This document shows positions 57,531 through 64,000 of a DNA stretch of 64,000 bases, one piece after another. Numbering within the stretch: position 1 is the stretch's first letter; every line of letters starts with the position of its first letter. The notes below the pieces were generated by a model. It worked only from the letters and a program-made list of their open reading frames with translations, did not search any database and had not been told where the DNA came from. The DNA is from an uncultured Alphaproteobacteria bacterium. GTDB taxonomy: Bacteria; Pseudomonadota; Alphaproteobacteria; Rhizobiales; Xanthobacteraceae. The DNA lies in assembly GCA_963817015.1 (NCBI GenBank), contig CAWFMV010000006.1, positions 10,509 to 74,508 of the forward strand. Direction: 5' to 3'. The position numbers and the translations under genes were made by a program.

Positions 57531-58745
57531 CTAAGGAGCGCGCTCGGTGGCGACGGGGGCCTCGGCGGCATCGGCCGCCTCGGCGAACGCCGCAAGAAGG
57601 TGATCGAGCTTGTGGCCGGCGCGCGTCGCCTTGGCGGTGAGATAGCGCCGGTTGTCGGCATTGACCGGCCCGTGCAGCGGGATACGGCCGCTCACCTCGA
57701 TGCCGGCCTGGGTGAGGCCGTCGAGCTTGGCCGGATTGTTGGTCAGAAGCTTCACACGCTTGACGCCCAGGATCTGCAGCATGCGGACCGCAACGCCATA
57801 ATCGCGCTCATCGTCATCGAATCCGAGCGCCGAATTGGCATCGATGGTGTCGAGGCCAGCGTCCTGCAGCTGGTAGGCGCGCATCTTGTTGGAAAGCCCG
57901 AGCCCGCGGCCTTCCTGCTCGAGATAGAGAATGACGCCCCCCCCTTGCTCCTCGAGACGGTGCAGGGCAAGCCGCAGCTGGTCGCCGCAATCGCACCGCC
58001 GCGACCCAAATACATCACCAGTGAGGCAGGCTGAGTGCAGCCGCAGCGGCACGGGCTCCCGCAGATCAGGCGAACCGACGATCACCGCAACAGAGCTGCC
58101 GCCAATGGCGTCGCGAAAGATGACGAAGCGCGCCGACACACCGCCGTTGATCGGCACGTCAGCCTCGGCCGAGACCGCGAGCGATTCAATTGCGGTCCGG
58201 CGGAATTGCGTGATGGCATCCGCCGCGACTGTCATGAGCGGGGGATCGCACGACTCCACCTTGGCGGCGTCAGCCACCAGCAGGGCAGGCATTCGCTGCG
58301 CCAGCTTGGCAAGCTCGATGGCGGCGCCGGCAACCGGGCCAGCCTGAACAACCTCAAGACCCCGCTCGACGCGCGCGTCAGAAGCCAACGCCACAATGGC
58401 CGCGGCATTGTCGCCTGACACCTCAAGCCCGATCGAATCGGTACTGGGGAGCCCAAGCGCCTGTGCGCGGCGCTCGGTGATGACAAGATGAGGCTCAACA
58501 GGGGCGCAAAGACGCCGAAAGGCGGCCAGCCGTGTGTCCGTCATGCCATCGACTGGCAGGGCCAGCGCCGCTACGCCGCCCCGTGCAATCACCACCGGCC
58601 GGCCAGACCGGAATTCCGCAATGCCGCGCTCAACCGCCACGTGCTCAGGCTTGCCGAGCAGGCCAGCGTCGCGGCCTATGTCTTGGCCGACGTCACGGCC
58701 TACGTTACGACTCACCGCATCCCCCTGCATCTTGCTAAAACCCAC
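57531..58745 (-). CDS. ribA: GTP cyclohydrolase II with ~200-aa N-terminal RibB-like (apparently degenerate) domain
   Basis: RLHSACLTGDVFGSRRCDCGDQL zinc-Cys motif, ILYLEQEGRGLGL, TNNPAKL. The N-terminal domain lacks the acidic DDEDRENEGD-type loop. GTG at 58745 or ATG at 58730. Confidence 0.85.
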   Translation of the reverse strand: MGFSKMQGDAVSRNVGRDVGQDIGRDAGLLGKPEHVAVERGIAEFRSGRPVVIARGGVAALALPVDGMTDTRLAAFRRLCAPVEPHLVITERRAQALGLPSTDSIGLEVSGDNAAAIVALASDARVERGLEVVQAGPVAGAAIELAKLAQRMPALLVADAAKVESCDPPLMTVAADAITQFRRTAIESLAVSAEADVPINGGVSARFVIFRDAIGGSSVAVIVGSPDLREPVPLRLHSACLTGDVFGSRRCDCGDQLRLALHRLEEQGGGVILYLEQEGRGLGLSNKMRAYQLQDAGLDTIDANSALGFDDDERDYGVAVRMLQILGVKRVKLLTNNPAKLDGLTQAGIEVSGRIPLHGPVNADNRRYLTAKATRAGHKLDHLLAAFAEAADAAEAPVATERAP

Positions 58746-58941
58746 GGCCCCTCGCTTTTGGCACCATTACAGAAACAATCTAATGGGCCGTTTTGTTCCC
58801 TCAATGGGCATTCCAGACCCATGGGACTCATCTCGAAGTCGGCAACCTGTTCTAGGTTCATGACGCGATGAAGGCGTTAAATGGCTATTGACGCGACCTT
58901 CCGCGCGGCGACAGTGGCCGGCAACCAGAGCACGTAGCATC

Positions 58942-59724
58942 ATGCCGACCGACTGCGGTGGAGCACCATGGCCCGATATTCCAAGGGCTTTTCGGGATAC
59001 CGATGGCGTGCTCCCAGCGCCCTGGCAGGAGATTTTTGGTCCGTTACGACAAGGCATTAGGGATGATCTGGTGGTTGTCGGGCAGTTCGGCCAGTCCATT
59101 GATGCCCGAATCGCCACTCCGACCGGCCACTCACACTATATTAATGGCACGGCCGGGCTAGCCCACCTGCACCGCCTGCGCGCGCTGGTTGATGCGGTGG
59201 TCGTGGGAATCGGCACCGCGGTGGCTGACGATCCCCAGCTGACTGTTCGCCATGTCGCCGGTCCAAGCCCCGCGCGGGTGGTGATCGACCCTAGCGGCCG
59301 CCTGCCAGCCACGGCTCGCCTGCTCGCCGAGGACGGCATCAGGCGCATTGTCGTGACCCGGGCGGAGACGGAAACGCGGCTGCCAGCCGGCGTGGAGCAC
59401 GTGGCCTTGCCCTCCCCGCGCGGGCAGCTTGCGCCGGACGCCATATTGGCGGCGCTCGCACAGCGCGGCTTCCGCCGCTTCCTGATCGAAGGCGGTGCCG
59501 ACACGGTATCGCGCTTCCTCGCGGCGGGCTGCCTGGATCGGCTGCATGTCGTGATCGCGCCAATCATTTTGGGAGCGGGCCGGACCAGCGTCTCGCTCGC
59601 CCCGATCGCGCGCGTCGAGGAGGCCATGCGCGCGCCCATGCAGATCCACAAGCTTGGTGAGGAGGTGCTGCTCGACTGCGATCTCAGTGCTCAGCGGGTC
59701 GCGGTGGCGAAGACATCGACATGA
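58942..59724 (+). CDS. RibD C-terminal-domain reductase (no deaminase domain)
   Basis: GQFGQSIDARIATPTGHSHYINGTAGLAHLHRLRALVDAVVVGIGTAVADDPQLTVR and FLIEGGADTVSRFL motifs. ATG at 58942; the ORF is open from 58888. Confidence 0.8.
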   Translation: MPTDCGGAPWPDIPRAFRDTDGVLPAPWQEIFGPLRQGIRDDLVVVGQFGQSIDARIATPTGHSHYINGTAGLAHLHRLRALVDAVVVGIGTAVADDPQLTVRHVAGPSPARVVIDPSGRLPATARLLAEDGIRRIVVTRAETETRLPAGVEHVALPSPRGQLAPDAILAALAQRGFRRFLIEGGADTVSRFLAAGCLDRLHVVIAPIILGAGRTSVSLAPIARVEEAMRAPMQIHKLGEEVLLDCDLSAQRVAVAKTST

Positions 59725-60491
59725 CCAACCCGCATGCTTGAACGCCCCGCGGCAACGAGCTCGCGCCGGCGTGCCAGCCACGAGTCGATGGCCGCTTGCG
59801 GCAGGTCGCCGAGCTCGCCGGCAGCGCCCGCCCATCCGGCGAGCACCTCCAGCTGGATCGCACGATCTTCCGGCGCAAACTCCCAGTCTGAAGCGCCGCT
59901 CATGACCGTGTAGCCCACGCGCTCGAAGGCGCGCACCGCGCGCAGCCCTGCCTCCGGGCCAAGCGCCGAGCCGAAGCCCTTGTCGCGACGCTGATGTCGG
60001 TTCACCGCCGCAACGATCTCAAGATCGAACGGCTCCGCCGGATCGAGTGTCGCCTGGCCCTGATAGGTGAGCGCTGCATAGACCGGGAGCCGACGCGCCG
60101 CCGCCTCGACGGTGAGCCGCCCCAGCCAATCGGCGGAGACGAGATCGAGCAACGCCGAGGTGCTGATCAGATCGAGGGCGCCATCGAGCGCCAGCTCGAG
60201 GTCGCGCACGAGATCGATGGTCCGCGCCTCAATCAGCAGGTCGGGCGGGCGCACCAGCGCAGACGCATGCGCCAGCAGGCCGAGATCATTGTCGACCAGC
60301 CGCCAGCGCTGGCGTGCCGGCAGGCGCGGTCCCACGGAGCGCACGGTCGAGCCGGTGCCGCAGCCGAGATCGACCACGGAAATTTCGGACTGGCCGGCGA
60401 ACACCGCCGCGACCCGATCGAGCACGGTGACGCTGCGCGCGCGCTGATCATAGGGCTCACGTAGCGCCAGCCATTGAGCCGAGAAGGTCAT
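59691..60491 (-). CDS. class I SAM-dependent methyltransferase
   Basis: VVDLGCGTGS motif I. 266 aa. Its ATG overlaps the upstream GT4 stop (ATGA). Confidence 0.8.
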   Translation of the reverse strand: MTFSAQWLALREPYDQRARSVTVLDRVAAVFAGQSEISVVDLGCGTGSTVRSVGPRLPARQRWRLVDNDLGLLAHASALVRPPDLLIEARTIDLVRDLELALDGALDLISTSALLDLVSADWLGRLTVEAAARRLPVYAALTYQGQATLDPAEPFDLEIVAAVNRHQRRDKGFGSALGPEAGLRAVRAFERVGYTVMSGASDWEFAPEDRAIQLEVLAGWAGAAGELGDLPQAAIDSWLARRRELVAAGRSSMRVGHVDVFATATR

Positions 60492-61543
60492 GCGAGACCA
60501 TCCAGCACTGAGGCAAACAGCGCGGCGGATTCCCGCCAGGTCGGAAACGAGGCCGAGGCTGCGCGCGCGCCAGCCGCAAGCCGCTCGCGCTCGGGCGCAT
60601 CATCGATCAGCTGCTTCAGCGTGTTGGCGAGCGCGTCGACGTCGTCAGGCGGGATGAGGATGCCGGCGCCAGGCGGCACCGTATCGGGGATCGCGCCGGC
60701 ATTGGTTCCGACCACAGGCACGCCGTGCGCCACTGCCTCGGTGTAGGCCATGCCATAACCCTCAAAGCGAGATGGCAGCACGAACAGATCCGCCTCCGCA
60801 TAGAGCTCGGCCAGATCCTCTTCCGGCACCGGGCCAACGATCTCGATGCGGTCGGACAGCCCGTAGCGCGCGATGTCCTCGTCCAAGCGGGCCGCGGTCT
60901 CGGAGCTGCGCGTGTTGTCGCCGACAATCACAAGCCGCCAAGGATGGTCTTTGAGCCGCGCCAACGCTTCGACCAGCACGTCATAGCCCTTGCGCGGCAC
61001 GATCGCGCCGACCGTCAGCAGCATCAGCGGCCTATCCGACGGACGAGACTCATGCGTTGCTGCGCGATCGGTGCCGGGCTTCACCACTGTCAAATGCTCG
61101 GCCGGCACGCCGTAGTCGGCGACCAGGAGGCGCGCCGTTGCATCGCTCGTTGCGATCACGTGGCGGGCGCAGGCCAGCGCAACACGCTCGCTCGTGTGAA
61201 GTGCCGCGGCTTCTGCGTCGGCGAGGCCGGTCTCGAGCGCGAGCGGATGATGCACGAGTGCGACCACGGTGTAGCGCTCTCGCAGAGACTTGGCCTCTTC
61301 CGCCATAACCCCATAAGCGAGCCCGTCGATCACGAGCGGCTGGCCGATCGGCAAACCCATGAGCTGTGCGCCGGCGATGGTTCGCACCTCCGGCGTCGGG
61401 CGAGGAAATCCATCGCCGATGTCGAGCACCTCGACCTGCCAGCCCAGCGCCTCGAGCTCACCGACAATGCGGCGGTCGTAGGTGTAGCCGCCGGTCGGCG
61501 TATTGAGATCACCGGGAACCGCAAACGCGACCGCCTTCACCAC
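60488..61543 (-). CDS. GT4-family (GT-B fold) glycosyltransferase
   Basis: LLTVGAIVPRKGYDVL, FVLPSRFEGYGMAYTEAVAHGVPVVGT (E-x7-E). The GTG start overlaps the PTPS-like stop. Confidence 0.87.
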   Translation of the reverse strand: MVKAVAFAVPGDLNTPTGGYTYDRRIVGELEALGWQVEVLDIGDGFPRPTPEVRTIAGAQLMGLPIGQPLVIDGLAYGVMAEEAKSLRERYTVVALVHHPLALETGLADAEAAALHTSERVALACARHVIATSDATARLLVADYGVPAEHLTVVKPGTDRAATHESRPSDRPLMLLTVGAIVPRKGYDVLVEALARLKDHPWRLVIVGDNTRSSETAARLDEDIARYGLSDRIEIVGPVPEEDLAELYAEADLFVLPSRFEGYGMAYTEAVAHGVPVVGTNAGAIPDTVPPGAGILIPPDDVDALANTLKQLIDDAPERERLAAGARAASASFPTWRESAALFASVLDGLA

Positions 61544-61938
61544 AACGGCGCCTCGTACCAGGCCTGCGCGGTCGGCGATTCCGCGATCGTGATGCGGATC
61601 GCCTTGAGCTCGCGCCCGTCGCGCCCGAGCTTGCCCGCGCGTGCTGCATCGGCGAGCTGATCGAAGACATACTTGGTGAGGAACTCGGTCGTTGTGTTGA
61701 CGCCTTTGAACTGCGGCAGCGCATCGAGATTCTTGTAGTTGAGCGGCTTGAGCGTCGCCTTGAGCACGTCGGTCGCAAGCCCGATATCGACCACGATGCC
61801 GTTCGGATCGAGCTGCTCCGAAATGAAGGCAGCGCGCACCACGAAGGTCGCGCCATGCAGCTCCTGCGCCGGTCCAAACACCGCGCCGCGGAACGAATGC
61901 GCAATCATGATCTGGTCGGACACTTCGACAGCGAACAA
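61537..61938 (-). CDS. 6-pyruvoyl-tetrahydropterin synthase / QueD (COG0720)-like protein with incomplete His triad
   Basis: 133 aa. IAHSF ... LHGATF ... NYKNLD ... TTEFL layout parallels PTPS/QueD (AAH...HGHNY...E), but HGH is replaced by HGA and no catalytic Cys is evident. Confidence 0.7.
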   Translation of the reverse strand: MFAVEVSDQIMIAHSFRGAVFGPAQELHGATFVVRAAFISEQLDPNGIVVDIGLATDVLKATLKPLNYKNLDALPQFKGVNTTTEFLTKYVFDQLADAARAGKLGRDGRELKAIRITIAESPTAQAWYEAPLW

Positions 61939-61951
61939 GGGGGCCTCCGAT

Positions 61952-62950
61952 TTATGAGCGGGCTGCAGGATAGCGGATCAGCGGGCAACGCACGTCGCCA
62001 TTGGACGACAATAGGTCGGCGAGCCGCGCCGGCAGCTCGCCGAATTCAATCGCCGGCGCAAGAAGCACATCGAGCGCCGGGTCGTCGAGTAGTGCAAGCG
62101 CAGCTGCAAGCCTGCGGCCATGCGTCCAGCGCGGGCGATGCGAGGGTGCAATCTTGCCGACCTGACTCGCGACGAGGCGCAGCCTGCGGCTATGAAAGGC
62201 TTCGCCGAGCGGCGCCGCGACCTCGCCGGCGCCGTACCAGCTCAGCTCCACAATCGTCGCCTCATCGCCTGCGAGCCCGAGCGCGGTGGCCAGGCCTTTG
62301 GCGGAGGCGCTGGCGTGAAACACGAGATCGCAGTCGCGCGGCGCCTCTTCCGGCGTGGCAAAGCTCGCACCGAGCGCGCGCGCAAGCGCAGCACGCTCAG
62401 GCGCGATGTCAACAAGCGTAACCTCAACGCCCGGCATGCGCGCGCACAGCCTGGCGATCAAGAGACCGACGATGCCGCCGCCAACGACCGCGATGCGATC
62501 GGCCGGACCGGGCGCGCCGTCCCAGAGCGCATTGAGTGCGGTTTCCATATTGGCGGCGAGCACCGCGCGGGCGGGCGGGACTGCAGCCGGCACTGCTACC
62601 ACCATGGTCGCCGGCATGGTGAATTCGTCCTGATGGGGGTGAAGCGCGAACACGATCTGACCAAGTCGATCTGCCAGCGTGATCTGACCAGACGTGGCGC
62701 CAGCCTCGACCCGGCCGACGGTCGCATAGCCATATTTGACCGGAAACGGAAAGGCGCCGGCCATCAAGGGGGCCCGCATACGCTCGTATTCGCTCGCCGG
62801 CACCCGCCCAAACGCCACCAGCCGCTCGGTGCCCCGGCTGATCGCGCCATAGAGCGCACGCACCCTCACCTCGCCGGAACCGGGCGCCGCAGCCGCCTCC
62901 TCTCGCAGCTCCGCCCGGCCGTCGCCGACATACCAGAGGGCTTTCGCCAT
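61952..62950 (-). CDS. MDR-superfamily (zinc-type/BchC-like) dehydrogenase
   Basis: ALYGAISRGTERLV, GYATVGRV and the Rossmann motif VVGGGIVGLL. Start at ATG 62950 or 62968. Confidence 0.8.
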   Translation of the reverse strand: MAKALWYVGDGRAELREEAAAAPGSGEVRVRALYGAISRGTERLVAFGRVPASEYERMRAPLMAGAFPFPVKYGYATVGRVEAGATSGQITLADRLGQIVFALHPHQDEFTMPATMVVAVPAAVPPARAVLAANMETALNALWDGAPGPADRIAVVGGGIVGLLIARLCARMPGVEVTLVDIAPERAALARALGASFATPEEAPRDCDLVFHASASAKGLATALGLAGDEATIVELSWYGAGEVAAPLGEAFHSRRLRLVASQVGKIAPSHRPRWTHGRRLAAALALLDDPALDVLLAPAIEFGELPARLADLLSSNGDVRCPLIRYPAARS

Positions 62951-63044
62951 TGACCGATCTTTCGCCATGTTCACAACGGATGGACGCGGGATGACCTGAG
63001 CCCACTCACGAGATATCCTAGCCTCACGAAAAGCACAGCCCTCC

Positions 63045-64000
63045 ATGTCCGAGCAATCCCTTCAGCAAGCCGTCCTTGCGGCAGCGCCAGTCGCGCTGAC
63101 GCTGCGCCGCATCCTGTTCCTGGCCCTGGTCGGGCTCACGATGGCGGCGATGATCGGGCTCCTCGTGGTAGCGCTGTCGGCCGGTGGCTTCGGCTTTGTC
63201 GATTTCGTCCTGGTCGTACTGTTCGCGATCACGCTGCCCTGGATGGTGATCGGCTTCTGGAACGCCACCATCGGATTTCTGATCATGCGGCTCGCGCGCG
63301 ACCCGGTGGCGACCGTTACGGCGACCGCAGCGGGCATCACCGGCAGGGAGCCGATCACAGCCTCGACCGCCGTCCTGATCTGCATCCGCAATGAGCCACC
63401 GGAGCGGCCGGCTGCCTTTCTGATGCCACTGTTGCAGGGACTGGCGGCGAGCGAGGCCGCCTCGCACTTTCACATCTACATCCTCAGCGACACTGACAAT
63501 CCCTCGATCGCGCAGGCCGAAGAGCGGCTGTTCGCTGCCATGGCGGAGACCTGGCGCGAGCGGCTGCGCATCACCTATCGGCGGCGCGCGGCCAATCTGG
63601 GATTCAAGGCCGGCAATATCCGCGACTTCTGCGACCGTTGGGGCAAGGACCACGAGCTCGCACTCGTGCTCGATGCCGACAGTGTCATGACGGCACCGGC
63701 GGTGCTGCGGCTGGTGCGCATCATGCAAGCCGAGCCGCAGCTCGGCATTCTGCAAAGCCTCGTCATCGGCATGCCGTCGGCGAGCGCATTCGCGCGGCTG
63801 TTCCAGTTCGGAATGCGGCTCGGCATGCGCTCCTATACGATCGGCAGCGCCTGGTGGCAGGCCGATTGCGGTCCTTATTGGGGTCACAATGCCATCATCC
63901 GGATTGCGCCATTCATGGCGCATTGTGAGCTGCCGAAGTTGCCCGAGAATGCGCTGGTCGGCGGCCACATCCTCAGCCACGACCAGGTCGAGGCGGTGCT
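63045..64000 (+). CDS. opgH: glucans biosynthesis glucosyltransferase H (OPG synthesis), 5' part, runs off window end
   Basis: Not in the ORF track because there is no stop before the window end. I translated from ATG 63045: MSEQSLQQAV...ICIRNEP...YILSDT...FKAGNIRDFC...LVLDADSVM...YWGHNAIIR...ILSHDQVEA. All are MdoH/OpgH hallmarks. Confidence 0.9.
   Translation, partial: MSEQSLQQAVLAAAPVALTLRRILFLALVGLTMAAMIGLLVVALSAGGFGFVDFVLVVLFAITLPWMVIGFWNATIGFLIMRLARDPVATVTATAAGITGREPITASTAVLICIRNEPPERPAAFLMPLLQGLAASEAASHFHIYILSDTDNPSIAQAEERLFAAMAETWRERLRITYRRRAANLGFKAGNIRDFCDRWGKDHELALVLDADSVMTAPAVLRLVRIMQAEPQLGILQSLVIGMPSASAFARLFQFGMRLGMRSYTIGSAWWQADCGPYWGHNAIIRIAPFMAHCELPKLPENALVGGHILSHDQVEAV

Noticed and set aside
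58746-58941. Possible FMN (RFN) riboswitch between the ribA-like and ribD-C genes
   Set aside because: I could not find the conserved RFN core (GGGCAGGGTGAAATTCCC...-type segments) or a multi-stem junction by eye.

Overview
High-GC (about 64-65%) alphaproteobacterial chromosomal segment with Bradyrhizobiaceae hallmarks: the aapJQMP general amino-acid ABC operon, an alpha-2-macroglobulin/pbpC pair, opgH, and family-typical REP hairpins. I can support about 60 protein-coding genes, one tRNA-Arg(UCU) and several repeat families. I found no rRNA, CRISPR array, transposase or integrase. Most of the content is housekeeping or accessory metabolism: sulfur (cysteine synthase-like, sseA, persulfide dioxygenase-rhodanese, metC), transporters, envelope genes (GT39/PAP2/GT2 lipid-modification cluster, pbpC, A2M, opgH) and many exported small proteins. 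The best candidate for an undescribed system is at 57.5-63.0 kb. It is a translationally coupled operon (MDR dehydrogenase, PTPS-like protein with a degenerate metal site, GT4 glycosyltransferase, SAM methyltransferase) next to a reductase-only RibD and a GTP cyclohydrolase II paralog, which suggests a modified pteridine or ribitylaminopyrimidine metabolite. Other loci worth a second look are a ~1.6 kb low-GC islet at the 3' end of tRNA-Arg carrying an overlapping orphan gene pair, a secreted protein with two poly-Asp tracts, a 221-bp MITE-like element between A2M and pbpC, a triple PsiF-like repeat protein, and tandem homologous hairpins at 1.65-1.82 kb. Technical caveat: several dozen frameshifts occur in discrete blocks (173-3883, 7299-12107, 21600-32699, 43088-45691, ~53402) while about 40 kb in between has none. 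Every junction I could resolve by eye is a single-base insertion, so these 'pseudogenes' are probably assembly or consensus errors. All family assignments come from motif recognition by eye, not database searches.
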